Source: the human T2T-CHM13v2.0 reference genome, Homo sapiens
Reading direction: 5' to 3' (one strand)
DNA length: 64,000 bases
Assembly (NCBI RefSeq): GCF_009914755.1
Contig: NC_060930.1
Each line of letters starts with the position of its first letter. The first letter of the stretch is position 1. Positions 44,411 through 60,224 of the stretch are shown one piece after another. The notes under the pieces are model-generated. The model made no database searches and was not told the DNA's origin. It saw nothing but the letters and a program-made list of their open reading frames with translations. The position numbers and the translations under genes were made by a program.

Positions 44411-44704
44411 ATGATGATGATGATGATATAGAAGACACACTTCTGTGCAGTGTTTTAGTCACCACAGGCCACTAAACAACCATGTTTCATGACTATATGG
44501 TCAGTATAGGAATGAAGAATGTAAATTACCTTGCTTCCTTGTTTACGAGGGTTGTCAACTGTACTATTTAAAATATTCTAGACGTGTGTATATATGCAGA
44601 TGCAACTTCATTCATTTTGAAAAGTAATTCTGCCTTTATTTTGATTAGTTTCTTTGGGTGTAACTTGTTACTTGCTTTCTGCGCCCCACCCCCACCCGCC
44701 TTCT

Positions 44705-45344
<640 letters not shown>

Positions 45345-46967
45345 TAGAATTGCTATTTTGTTCCTCTTTTAAGCCAGACTTTCGATTTGCTTTTACAATA
45401 TCTATGCAGCTGGCCTAAAGTCCAGTGAGAATGTTATCCTCTGAGAGCACTGGAGCTGGGAAACAACTGTGTCCAATCCTGTGGCCTGGACCTACAGAAG
45501 GGTAGAAAGTGTACAGCTGCAGGAGATACTAAAATGCAACTTGCTTAAGTAGGACTTATTATCACTATACCCTCTTTCCATTAAAAGCTCCATGTCCTTC
45601 TAGGGCTGTGCTTAAAAGACTACATTTTCTCCTTGAAAATAGAGCTCCTCCACCCTGGGGTAAAGGGCAGGTATGTACACATTTCTGGAAGTGAGTTTAT
45701 CCTAGTTGCTAATTAAACACAAAGTTTGACAAGGTGCTTGTCCTAAAAGAGCTCAAAGTCTGGTGGAAGACTGGCACTCAAACAATTAACAAACAATGAT
45801 ATAAAAAGTTTGTTTCAAGAAGAATGAGACCAAGTGCTTCACTTTAACTGGGGAGACCCATGGAACAAGGGTGGCAGCATGACAAAGCGCAATCCTCCAG
45901 AGGGAAGTGTAAACCAAAGTCCTCTGGTAAATGGGAGGTCTGTTTCCCAATTCCTATCCACTACTTTGTTATGTATTAAACTTACTCCATTTTCCAAAAA
46001 GTATATAGAATAAAGTGACTCTCAATCAGTTAGAACCCAAGGTTGTAAAAGAATGCTATTTTTCAACTCTGGATGGAAACATCTTACTGACGAACCTCTG
46101 GGCTGTTTCCAGTTTGGGGTTATTTTGAATAACCTGCCATGAACATTCATCTACAAGTCTTTGTGAACATGTTTTTATTCATCTCAAATAAACACCTAAG
46201 AGTAGAATTTCCTGGTCAAGGACACGTGTACGTTTAGTTTAAAACTTTTATTAGCAGGTACTCAACAGAGATGAAGTGAGATTGTTTAAAAACATGTTGG
46301 CTAAAATGAAAAGATTTTTTCTTTTTGTGATCACATCAGGTATCTGCCAAGGATAGCAATTTTACTTAAATTTTTTTTAAAAAACTTTTACTATAATTTC
46401 CAAAACTGGAATCTCCTCTAAATCAAGGAGAATGTCTTAACTGACATGTGAGAGAGCTATTCATTTGTAAACTGTTGCTCTACTGGATCCACTCTGCCAT
46501 GTTGTGCCATTATTAACATCCTATTTCATACCTCTTTTTAACTGAGTCCTCTGCTCTTCGACATAGAATGATTGTTTGGTTGGGGAAACTTGTCATAAAA
46601 GAAATTCAAACTATTGGCAAAATCCTAGGATGTACCCTATCAAAAGCTTTTTGTTGATCACCTCCCTCCCCTATCAAAAAACTTTTTTTCCAGGTCAAAA
46701 ATAGTCCTTTCATTCTGAAGGAGAAACTTCTTTACCGGTCACCTTAGTAATATTCTAGGATTTTATCCTTCCTGCTCTTATTTCTAAGACATTTGCTTGC
46801 AACCTAAGTAGCCTGTGATGCAGGATCTCCAAAGTGTTTCTTTCCCTGTTAACTTTAATGAGTTAACTCATTAAACACTCCAACAGAGCAATGCCAAATT
46901 ATCTAAACTGGTAACAGATACCGCTAATCCAAACATTAACCAACTGCCTGTAGAAATTGAGGCTATA

Positions 46968-47278
<311 letters not shown>

Positions 47279-47888
47279 AACTGAGGTTATAACCCACGTG
47301 TGTTAGAACAAGGACTTAGGATGCCATCCGCAGGGCACTTTTGAGACTAGACTGGCAAACCACCAAAGCTGAGATGTCAGGGCCCCTGTAGGCTTTATTT
47401 GCATATGTCTTAGTACGTTCTTAACCTTTGATTAGAGGGTGGAAAATAAAAGATTTAACTTGCCAACCAAAACTTTCAGCAACGTAGAATACTGAAGTCA
47501 GATTCTGTCTGTTGGAAAACTAGAAAGAAGACTCCTGGTTTAAACAGGGATTCTAGAAAGTCAGAAAGGAGACACTGTGCTATTAACTGAAATGGACACA
47601 GGCATGATTTCCTATGTTACAGTACCTGCCATCAGAAAATCTCAGTACCCTTTATGAGAAGGCCCTGAGAAAAAGCTTTTTTGTAATTGGAAAGAAATTA
47701 TAAGATAGAAGGCAGAATTCTCCATGTTTTAGTCAAAGATTCTCCTGTGCATTTATACAAAGCTTTCACCTAAAAGTCAAGACAGCACATTCTTGTCATT
47801 GAGAATTCAGAATAGAGAGTCTGAAAGTACAAATACATTCTTATACTAACATTAGGCTCTTAGAGGACATAAATCTTTTTATAAAAAA

Positions 47889-47894
47889 TTTATT
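47889..47894 (-). terminator. CEP85L: Probable distal polyadenylation signal AATAAA of CEP85L
   Basis: tttatt on +; lies at the end of a long repeat-free AT-rich tract downstream of the stop codon. Confidence 0.6.
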
Positions 47895-50800
47895 TCTCTG
47901 TAAATACAAATTCCAACATCAACAAACAATAGTCCAGTGGAAAAATACTAGCCATTAACATTGAAAACTTTTTTCTTAATTTAATAAATAGAACTTTGGC
48001 ATTCAAAATTCTAGCTGTAAACCCTATTAAAAAACAGAACAACAAGAAGAAAACCCCTTTACAAAAAAAGAGGCAAGAATGATAGATCAGAAGGCATAAG
48101 CCAACCAGTGGCTTCACATTCTTTTTTTTTTTTTTTAAACAATAACTGTATTTCAATTAAGTCATGAACACTGTATTTACACATGAGGTATTCTGGGTGG
48201 TTCAAAAACTGAACCCAGCTTACAAAACCACCAGTCATAGTGACTGATTATACACTGTGCTGTGCTTTTTAATGTAACCACCTAGCACCTTACTACTTCT
48301 TGTCATCACAACAATGCGATGTTAAGTTTTATGTTTATGTATTTAACTATTTATACATATATGTACATATACATACACACCAATGAATACAATCTAAAGG
48401 AGTTTCCAGCTCACTACACAGGGAAGGCTGGGCTCCAAAGACATCTATCTGATAATTCCCCTCATGTTTACTAAGGTATCCACCTAGTAACAAAAAACGG
48501 CTCCTTGCTTTAAAAAAAAAAATTCCTTAATCAAGTTTATATACAGAAGAACAAGGTGCAATAATCATCAACATTCTTAGAACTCATGTAAAATAGAAAT
48601 AAATGCTTACTGCAGGCAAAAAGGCACAAAAGGTTCTCTCTGTGTACAGCTGCAATAGTGTTATTAGACTTGCTGATTTAAAACTATATTCTTATATTTA
48701 GCACTTTTTTAAATAAGAAAAAAAATCCAAAATCTTTCCCATACATGATTAAATATATGATATAATCATATGGCAATATGCCACCCATGGCATTTTGGGG
48801 CAAAGTTGGAAATTTTGCTCTTTATACCAAATAGGAAATTGTTCCTGTTGTTTTGTGAACATGAATTGTCAAAAATGGAAACATGGCAGTTTCAAATGAT
48901 ATAGTCTGAGTGAGCATGGTTATGAAAATTGCTTATTACCATAATTACATATCTACAATGATATAATTCCTACGTAAGAGAATGCCAATAATCCAAACTA
49001 AAGGTGTGCCTAAGCTGAACTATGCTGTGAAAATATAGTCCATGTTCTTAGCTACTATGTTACTTAATGAACTATTACTGATATTTAAAGAACATTTTCC
49101 CAATTAAGTAGCTCCTTTAAAAACATCCTCTAAGAAATTAATAATTCTTGCACTATGAAAGAATTACTTTATAAGCTCCTTAGTATATCAGAAATGTATG
49201 ACATTCATTTTAGCAACACTTTCCAGCCCTTGAGATTGTCTCTACAACAAGCTATTGAAAGAAGTCTAATTAGGTTTAATAAACTGTCACCACCAAAATA
49301 AATTTCACTAAAATATAATACTGTTAGCATTAAATATTGAATCCTAGGTGCCACACTTCTTTTAAAATGACCTCAGGAATATCTTACCTAGCCAGTATTT
49401 GTGGTTTTTTGTTTTTGTTTAATTAGAGGCCACTGAAAATTAATAGTTCAAATTAAGCCATCTTACTTTTCTGAGCTCAAGTGAAAAGATAGCTATTGTG
49501 CCTTTGATTCAGTGAATTTTATCTGTACAGGCAATTTGGGTCTTTCATTGAGTCAACTGTTACTTTATGCTTGCTGTAATGTGATTGAGGCTGAATAAGC
49601 TCAACTTTAAAACCCAAAAGAACAAAATATTAATACTGGATAAGATACTTTCTAAGCAAACAAGTGTTGGATTCACAAAAAGCACAATTAAAACGAGGTT
49701 TCATTATCTAAGTAAATTTTCAAATAGATTCACTTTAAAATTTAGGTTAATTTTCATTTCAGGAATATATTGGTGTCATAACTTCCACGAACATCCTAGT
49801 TCAAACTGGGTGAGATGCTCTAGTGTTGCTATTTGCCCATCTTATTTGGTCTAACAGTAAAATCTGTTTTTAATGTGATACAGAAGAGGATATTCTAATA
49901 CAAGAGGGTGTCCTGGGAAAGGAAAATTTTCTGAAAAATAAAAATCAAAAAGTAAACACTGACAAACTAGATAGAATACTATTAGTTTCAATTCCCCCAC
50001 AAAATCCCTCCAAGTCTATCTACTGTTTATGTAGGCCCCTTTACAAACTCCAGATTTTAAGAGGATCAATCTATAATTCAGCTAACTACTTAAACTAGCA
50101 CATCTTAACTCCCTTTTTTATGGGGGGAGGGTACAGATTTTGGAAACTGAAATGCATCAGCAGTAGTTTTGTTAACTTCCTACTAAGTCAGAAATTTTTT
50201 AACTTTGGAATTTTATTTTTAAGATACGTGAATTAAATTACTTTCTCTAAGTTTTAGAAAGCTAACTTACAAATAAATTATTTTATCCCCAACTAAGCCA
50301 AAAAACAAAAACGTATCTATAGTAGATTAAAACAAACTGTAACGTCTGCTTAAAAAAAAATAAATAAAAAAACCCATAAAATCCCAAAACATACACTAAA
50401 AATCTAGGAGAGATATTTAAGTAAGAACCTACTGGTCCAATTAGTGATTGTTTGCCAATTTGTTCTATTATTTTAGGAAGCCTTTATTTCTAAAATCATG
50501 GGGGAGGGTGGTTGGGATTCTATTCAAAGAGAGTGTAAAAATATTTGCTGCACTTGTGGCTGATCTATTTTAGACGTTATTATCTGTTTTACCATAAAGG
50601 ACCAAGGCAGAATTCTTCGCATCACATTTTTGGTGGAAATTTACTATACCCTGATTATCGTCAAGCTACTAATGTTAAAAACCAAGTGAATATAATTAGA
50701 AAGCCAAGTTCTTACCAGTGACTAAGACCCTCCTTAGGTTAAGGACTCTGGGATGCAGGAGCACTACAATGTACTTACTGATTTCTTAGTGCCCAGATTC

Positions 50801-51039
50801 TCAGAAGTAAGAAGAGCAGGAAGGACTCAGACACCAAACAGAAGGAAAATCTGATTTCTTTACAGTGTATTATAACTGATTATTCAACTATAACTATAAA
50901 ATAATCTATTGAGAGCTGTATAGCCAACATTTTAAACTGTGTATCTTCCTGGGTAGTCTCCTTGAAGGCCTTGTCTCACATTTTCACTTTTAAATATTTA
51001 AGAAAAATCTTTCCTAGGAGAGCCTTTATTCTAGTATAT

Positions 51040-51105
51040 AAGAAAACAGGCATGTGCTATGCCCTTTATCTGGCAAGAAAACAGGCATGTGATATGCTCT
51101 TTATC
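51040..51105. repeat. 31-bp direct duplication (period 35) inside the 3' UTR
   Basis: aagaaaacaggcatgtgctatgccctttatc / aagaaaacaggcatgtgatatgctctttatc. Confidence 0.9.
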
Positions 51106-52133
51106 AAATCAATATTATCCTGCTTGAGTCACACCCTCTACCCCTCCATCTCTTATTTAGTCTTGACCTAAATGAGACTTGGTTGCATCACAAGATCAAA
51201 CCAACTTACAAAGGACAAGGCTTTCGCCAAAACTAAGTATATTCAAAAGAACATAATCAATGCTGAAGGCAATAAAATGTATAATCCTTCCAAAATACCA
51301 ACAGAAACATGGACAACACTCATTTGGAAGTTTAAATGACTGTACGTCTACTGCAAAATCAACTGCATTTCATAGTAATACCCTGTAATTCAGATTAAGA
51401 ACTAATTTCGCCAAGTTCATATCCTGTGAAAAACTGTTGTTAATGTACTTTAACAAAAGGGATTAAAATACAATCTCAATTAAAAAATGTTTATGCTACT
51501 GTTGATTCAGATATAAATAGTATTGGCTTTCTCTTACAGTAGTTTCAACTTTGAAACATACAAAACTGTTAAAATGTAAATGTTGAGATTTGGATAAGTA
51601 AGCTATTGTTCCAGGGTAACTTTGTTAATCTTCCTTTTATAATAATGATCCAATGCCTTTATTAATTATATATGGCTTTGTTTACATTTATATATGTATA
51701 TATATAAAACATATAAATAAAAAATTGTAAATAGTAAGGAACATGTTAAAATTAGTTCAAGTTATGTTAACCTTTCTTGTAACACATACATTACAATGCT
51801 AAGGAAAAAGAGCATCACGTCAAAATTTCACACCTCTTGGGAAATCCACAATCACTCTGGAAAAACAGCTGACCTATCTACAGTACTAAAATCAGCTCAA
51901 CCACAAAACATCCTATCAGTGCAGTAAGTGTTCAAAATATAAATGGTTTTGCCTCCTGTACTACCATGACAACACTTGCCTGCTGTTTGAACTCTTGTTC
52001 AGCCAGCCACTGAAAATCCCAAAGTACAACACAAGCTTCTATATGAAAGAAATATAAGAATAAACAGCGTGTGCCTTTCTCAGAAGCTCTGCTCTGACCC
52101 TAGAAACCCTTATAAATTTGTGAATAAAGCACG

Positions 52134-52179
52134 TGCACACACACACAACAACACACATACATGCACACACAAACACACA
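52134..52179. repeat. Imperfect (CA)n microsatellite
   Basis: gcacacacacacaacaacacacatacatgcacacacaaacacaca. Confidence 0.85.
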
Positions 52180-52507
52180 AAGCTATAGGATTAAAAGGAA
52201 TCCTACTCCTTCATGTGAAGGGTACTCTTCACAGCTTGGTCCTACAATCAGTAGTTTGAGAATATAGACATTTTTTTCCTTGTAGATTTTATCATATTTT
52301 CCAAAGGTAATTTGATTTTTTTTCTTTTTGCCTGATTAGATAAGCCCCTTCAAAATCTCTTCACTTCCCTTCTCCCCTTCAACAAAACAAATCCACAGAA
52401 AAAAAATCCCTAAGTGCAAGTCATGCCACTTGCAACCTTCCATTATGGCTCCATAACACAGCAGCATTTAAACAACAGGTCATTATTGCTGTGGGACTAA
52501 CACTTGA

Positions 52508-52735
<228 letters not shown>

Positions 52736-53419
52736 TCACCTTAATCATCATGGAAATACAGTGCTACACACTGAATACCAGTGAGGCTCAGGTTCAAGTT
52801 ATGTTTAAATCATGCATCATTCAATATTAAACAGATCTTATCCACTTGGTCCTTTATAAATTTCACAAATTAAACTGAATTAAATGCACACAGTGATACA
52901 CACAAATTCAGCATGTTTAATGGGTAACAATATTCCAAAAGTGAAAAAAAGCATACTCTAATGTCTCTCTTCAAGCTCAACTAGAGCACTCAGTTTTTCC
53001 CATTTGGCAAAATCTGAAGACCATTTGTGTAGTAAGAGGTGGTATCTTACATATTTACGACTGCAAAGTGGGTTTACTGCCATGAAAATATTAATTTTCA
53101 AATACATAGTAAGTGTCACACACACACACAGAGGGAGAGCGGGGAGGGAAAATGAGAGAGACAGAGAGGGAGAGGAAGAGGGAGAGGAAGAGTGAAAGCT
53201 GGGACCCTACAATCCCGAACAATTTAATCAGGCTGATAGCTGGTTGCCTAATGGCTGAATAACTGAGGGCCTTGAGTCAGCCAGCTTTTAGTTATTTACT
53301 TCAGTTCTTCTCTTTGTAAGCATATCTCAACATAAAATCAGGCAGAGCCAGTGATTACAAAAGAAACCTCTCCTTATACCTTCATAGTAGTTTATTGTAG
53401 GCATAAGAGTCAGTGAGTG

Positions 53420-54560
53420 ACTGTTATTTTAACAAATGTTAACTGAACATCTGCCATGATATAGGAACTATGTTAGATGTTGAAGTCAGAAAAGGAACAG
53501 ACACAGTGGCTTGTTCTCGATGCTTTACATACAATTTCATAAACAAATGAACACAGTGAGGTACTGTGGGTAACCTACCACTATATACAAGTTGCAGTGG
53601 CATAAAAAAACAAACAACTAGTCCTAACTGGAGAGGTAACAGTTGCTTGTTCACTGGGTTGGCCAAACTGCAAAATGAACAAAAGTGGAGTCAGAAAGCA
53701 AAACAGTATGATAGAATTTGAGAAACCTCAAGAAAATCAGTATCTAGCTCTAAAATGGTAGAGTACAAACTGTGACAAAGGAGAGTACCAAGAAATAAGG
53801 CTATAGAGGTAGGTAGTAGCTACCTATCTTGACCACAGAGCAGTGTAGGCATTAGGAAACCAGGTTCATAGTTTAGACAGATCTGTCTGGCAACAATGTA
53901 AAATGGATTAGGGGGAGGGGATGAGAAAGATGGTTGTCAGAGAGACCAGTATAGGTGACGGGTTATGAAAACTTAAATTAAGGCAATAGTGCAATGGAGA
54001 TAGAAGGGCAGGAATGTTAGATGTAGTAAGCAGATGACAGAACTGATAGCACTCAATCATCATCAACTTGAGTGATGGGCAGGGATTGGGCACAGGCGCC
54101 AGATGAAGGAAAAAGCAGAGTGGAGAATAAATTCTGGGTTCAAGTGACAGGTGAATGGTGGTGTTACTCACTGAGAAGAGGAACCGGTTCAGGGAGGGAA
54201 GGAAAGTGTGTTCTGGTTTTGAATGTGTAGAGTCTGTGATGCATTTGAAATAGCCAGTTCTAATATACATGGGAATATAATCTGGAGCCCAGAGGAGATA
54301 AATGTCTGGGTAAAGGAGATAAATGTCTAGGTGAAAGGTATGGCAGTAACAGAAAAAACAGGAGTGGATAAGATCACTCAGATAAAGTACTGAATAAAAA
54401 GAAACAAACACAAAACCAGTAACAAAAGGCTTCTGGGGATACCAATAATTAAGTGGCAGAGAAGTCCACAGAAGACAGAGACTGAGCAGTCATAAAGGCA
54501 GAAGCAGAACCTAGAGAATGATGTCATGGAAACCAAGGTAGTGCACAGTTTTCAGAAGGA
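53420..54560 (-). mobile_element. L2 fragments (intronic)
   Basis: tttaacaaatgttaactgaacatctgccatg...; gtgaatggtggtgttactcactgag; gatgtcatggaaaccaagg. Confidence 0.6.
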
Positions 54561-56120
54561 CAGGGTGAGTAAATGGAGCCATGAAGTGACTTGTTTTTCA
54601 CAAATCAACTGGCTGGTAAAACTTTCACAATGCCAAATATAAGGTAAGGATTCTGGGGTCAAACTTTAAAGACTAGAAGGAGTATTGGGAGGTGGGCGTG
54701 GTAAGATTCACATTAGGATAGCTCTACTACTCTATTACTGAAAAACTTAACAAATGCTACCTTATGACAGTGAAAATGTAGGAGACTCTAAAGTAATTAA
54801 AAGGGTGACCAACTCTAAAATCATGAAGAAAGTGAGTTCCCTTTGTGTGTGAGCTTTGCTTCTTGCTCCCAAGAGATATTAAAGCACTCCATGTTCACCA
54901 GGCAAACTTCTCCTCTTCCTCGTCTAAGAGCGACACTGAACACCAACTACTCTGTGGAGTCTCCACAGCCCTTCCCACGTAGATTTAGTTGTTTTTTTCC
55001 TCTTGTGCTCCCACTGTCCTTTGTCCACATCTCAACTATAGCACCTATCAGAATGCTCTAATAATTTGGTTAATGTGTGGACAAGGACTGTGTTCAGGTT
55101 ATCTGCATTACCAGCACTTACTTAGTGTCTGGACCATAGAAGGCATCTGATAAATGTTTACTCCGTGAGTGAATATACTTAAACATTATGTGTTTTTTTG
55201 ATATCCACATTTGTGTATGTGTACAAATGTCTATGAAATGAAAGGGACATAGTTGAGCACAGATAATGTTTCATTTAACAAGTGATATACTTTGGTCAAG
55301 AGCATTATTTGATTTGCCAAAATAACTATTATGATGCAAAATGGTGGAATCTTTTTGATGAAACTAGAAACAAAATCAGTTTGTTTGAAACAAAACCAGT
55401 ATTATTAACCATAATATTAGGCAGCTACTAAATACACGTTGGCCCATAAACCTTATTATATGGTCTTACTGCATTCCTATTTCCTTCCAAGTTCATTTCT
55501 TCTCTATTATAAAGAGACTAACATCCTGATTTGGAACCACGTACAGAGATGAGCGTTTCTGCAAAAGTAGCACAGAAAGAAAGGGACACTAGGATTATTA
55601 CTGTGGCAGCTCCCACAATTATGTGTGGAGGAAGACAGAATTGAGGCCAAGAGTGAATGGGTGTCACATTAAGCCAGCAGGTACGCATGACAAAGGCAAC
55701 AGATTTGTAGGCTGTGAAAACTGGCTCATGTGAAATCACTGGCACTCACGTGAAGCAGCTGCCATAGAACATACACTGCACTGGAAAGCAAAATATTTCT
55801 CAAATATTTTACCAGTGGACAATATGGTTGGGTCACTTAATCTATACAACTAACACATGAAAGCAAATAGAAGGAATCATTATTTTTGGAAGAGAAAATG
55901 GGAAGTCACACCTAACTACCACTCTATTCACATATTTACAGATTCAACATAGGAAACATCACCAGGCATTCTACCAAGTGGCAGTTAATGTCAGCTATAA
56001 CCCTACTCACTTCTTGCAATGAAGTAATAACAGGTATACATAAACCCACAGACTGATTCTAAGTAGGAAAAGAGATTACAAAAATAAACAGAGAAAAGGC
56101 AGTCGGAAGTTCCTGATTCA

Positions 56121-56429
<309 letters not shown>

Positions 56430-56711
56430 TCAGATTGTTAGAACAGAGGAAAGGTACTCAAAGCCATACAGGTTAACATTCTCCCCCAAGTCTATAAACA
56501 AAACGATGGAGTCATATTATATGCACATTAACCAAATTCAACTACATATATGCAGTGGGAAAAAAAACACATAGAAAAATAACAATTTAAATAGTGGAAA
56601 TTGTTTCTCTGTGCCATCTGATGCTTTAGCGTATATCCAAGGGAGGAAACATAAATCCAGTCTCAGTTTCTAGGAGTCTCTCACGTAATAAGCATGTTGG
56701 TTGTGTATGTA

Positions 56712-57008
56712 TTTTTCTTTTTTGGGCCTCAATCTGTCACCCAGGCTGGAGTACAGTGGCGCAATCATGACTCACTACTGCAGCCTTGACCTCCTCGGGC
56801 TCTGGTGATCCTCCCACCTCAGCCTCCTGAATATCTGGGACCACAGGTAAACACCATGATGCCTGGCTAATTTTTGCATTTTTTGTAGAGAGAGGGTTTT
56901 GTCACATTGCCTAAGCTGGTCTCAAACTCCTGGGGTGAAGTGATCTGCCCACCTCAGGTTCCCAAAACAAAGTATTAGGATTACAGGTGTGAGCCACCAT
57001 ACCCAGCC
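56712..57008 (-). mobile_element. AluJ (intronic)
   Basis: gcagccttgacctcct...gatcctcccacctcagcctcctga, J-type features. Confidence 0.9.
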
Positions 57009-57611
57009 TGTATTTTTCTATAATGAGATTTATTCCAAGGATAAAAAGAACTAAAAAGTAACTTTGAACCTCACTCTGTGGTTTTTATTGTTAGTAGCAA
57101 TAGTGGTTTAATTACTTTGAAACTACTTTTTGCATATTGGTGGGGGGAAGCATCTATGTTAATGTTGATAGGAACCACAAACTTCGGTGCGAGAGACAAA
57201 GAAATAACAAGTATAAAATCAAAGAAGAAGAAAAAAAGAAAAAACCAACAACTCTGAATTGCTGATCCCCAAAACTGCTACCTTCTTATCTTGAAAACTG
57301 CTAATTAAAGGTAACTTTAATTAGCTTTCCAATTGGAACTGTATTTCAGAATAACTCAATAGCCTGGGGTGATGGGAAAAAAACTTTTTTATAGATGAAT
57401 GCCAGCTAATAAATATAATAAATATATACTGTACTATAATTATGTGAAACTGTATTCTAAAACACAAAATAAATAAAGGTTTGTCTTTTTATAATAATTT
57501 TGGTAAGAAACAATGGAATTAATTAACAGGCATATCAAAATCATGTCTTTAATCTGAAAATGCTCTATTAATATCTATAAAATAAGCATTTTATAGTGAA
57601 TCATCCTTTCA

Positions 57612-57746
<135 letters not shown>

Positions 57747-60224
57747 CTAGAATTTTTAAAAAAATTGGAAAGCAAAACAGGTTAACATGTAAAGAAAAAT
57801 CTCAAACAGAAAGAAGTAGGAATGTTGGCTCTGAATACTTTAAATCTTCTTTCCTCCCCATCCCCTTGGAAGATGAAGCCTTCACTTTTAAACTAATCCC
57901 TATCAGTTAGAGAGTGGCTGAATCCAAATAAAAAAGAAAAAGAAATGCTGGTTTCCCAGAATACATTTGGATTTTTTTAAATTACAGTTTTTACCAAGGA
58001 AGTTTTTAATTTGTATAAAACATGTCAAATCTGAAGTTCCTACTTAATATGGTATTACAAACAGTTCTTATTTCATTAACTTTTTATATGTAGAGAGTGT
58101 ATTAGCAACAAATCTATATTTTTGTTTTACATTTTGCTTACAGTTAATGAGATGCAAGATAATAAGATCATGATATCATCCCTATTTTCTATCATTTGAA
58201 ACATAGCTCCCGTCTTTCATTGTATAGTAATCCAAGCAGTGAATATACTGTGAACTCTGGGTCAAAGGTCTATTATGGGAATTTGATAAGCTAATCTCCT
58301 TCTTACTCCTTATAAAATTGCAAATTACCTAGACATGACACTATTGTGAGTACGCCAAAGCAGCATAAAGGACATTTTGAGTCTTTGGTTAGTCTTTTCA
58401 CCAATATATTAAAAGAAAAAATTGCCATACACCCTGTAGTTATTAGTGAATTCTAAGTGTTTCTATCAACTATTTTCCTTTTATTAGACCACAAAATCAA
58501 TAAACATATGACCAGAAGAGAGGTTATCATTTTATTTCAGGTCTGTATTTAGTCTCAATTCTGACAATACTTCAGTTTGCTGACCACCTAAATAGCACAC
58601 AATCTACTATAAAGATATTTTCCTCACATTATCTTTGGATGGAGTAAAAAAAGATAGCTATCACCATGGGTTGAAATAAGACTCCATAAATATAAAGCAG
58701 TTTTATCAGTAACAGATACTCAAACTTGTTGCTTTTAAATTTCATTTGTCTGCTAAACTCTGAAAAAAATATTACATTTAGTAACTCAGAAGTTGGACAG
58801 AAATGAATCAAACTCTATAACAAGTGTTTCTCCTTCTAGGGAAAAGTTGTTTTATATTCCACAAAAATGAAAAAAAAAAAAGCACCAAGTCAACAAGGGG
58901 CTCTCTGAATACGTGTATTATTGAAAACTGAAATTTCCTTTGTAACTTCATTAGATTGACTCAAATCTTATTTGATTAAATGAACATGGAGAGTTATTTA
59001 CCTAGCTGAAGATCTATCCTTTCTGGCCTAACAAGATTATTTGGCTGGAATCCAGAATTCAACCTAAATTTTCTCAAGATTTGTGACGGTTTATTAGAAT
59101 TACAGAAGAAGGGCATCATAGACACACTACTCAAACTCACATTCTAACAAAAAAAAAACTAAACTCGAGGGGTGTTTTCACAATATAATTATTATATATA
59201 ACAGAATAATTATAATAATGATACATTGTAACAGAATACAGTCCTTTAAAAGATAAGAGTTTTATATTTTTACCAATTCAGAGTCATGTTGAATGTGACT
59301 AATAATTAGCTAATAAATCCAACTAATATGTCCCTATGTAAGACTGATTTTAATCAGTGCAGAAACAGGCAATCTTCTCCATCAGAAAAACTGAAAATGT
59401 CTGGCAGTATTGCCATTTATCACAAAAAGGAAAATCAGATTTCTCATATGTTGCTTGAGTTGAAGGGCAGTTATCAAGAAGCACTTTAATAGGTAAAAGA
59501 CATTGCAGATAGGCTTATCCTGAAAGGACCAAGTGCTGTACAAATTGGTCTAGGATAATACTAGGTATGAGTGCTATAGTTGTCTGACAGTAACATTTCA
59601 CCTAAAACATTAATTACTTCTCTATCCTAAATTGTATTAAGTTATGTTTAAAAGATAACAAGAAAAATTCTATCAAGAATACTGTGCGTTATTTTATAAA
59701 TACTTTTTGCAGAGCATTTTTTTGAAATCTCTTAAGCTCTTAAAATATACTTGCTCAAACTGGTAGTACTTTACAATGCATAAATGAAATATCTCATATT
59801 TTCTGAAACGAGTGTTTGGCCTTGTGAATTTTACAATAACTATTTATCATTCACTAGACATGTAGGGGATTAATAAAATTAAAAATTAATTTGCAAACAC
59901 CTACAACAGCTCTCAAATTCTCAGTTTAATCATGACATTTAAAAATTCTGCCAAGGTACTAACCTACAAGGTCTTTATAATGATCATGTTTGAAGTTGAA
60001 CAGTGGAAATAAGCACATTTGTTGTTTTAACGTAAGTATCCAGAAATGCCCCATTTACAAATAGCTTGAATGAGGGAAAACCAGGTGTGCCTTAGTCCAG
60101 ATTCTATATAATCCCCAAACCCAATTTAAAAGGAACTATTTTGAAAGAAAATTTATGTTAACATTTTTACTGCATATATACACACATAAACATGCATACC
60201 ATATAAGAAATTCACAGGGACATT

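Larger units (their letters stand above)
47870..52507 (-). other. CEP85L: CEP85L 3' UTR (about 4.6 kb)
   Basis: Follows the TGA at 52510-52508; no recognisable interspersed repeats, unlike the flanks; the distal end is inferred from the AATAAA. Confidence 0.7.

Noticed and set aside
53908-54411. 167-aa minus-strand ORF inside a CEP85L intron
   Set aside because: Lies in decayed L2 sequence, with no recognisable domain or splice context
55518-55772. GC-richer intronic island as an extra exon or ncRNA
   Set aside because: The flanking exons already join in frame; no convincing splice sites or structure, possibly an old DNA transposon
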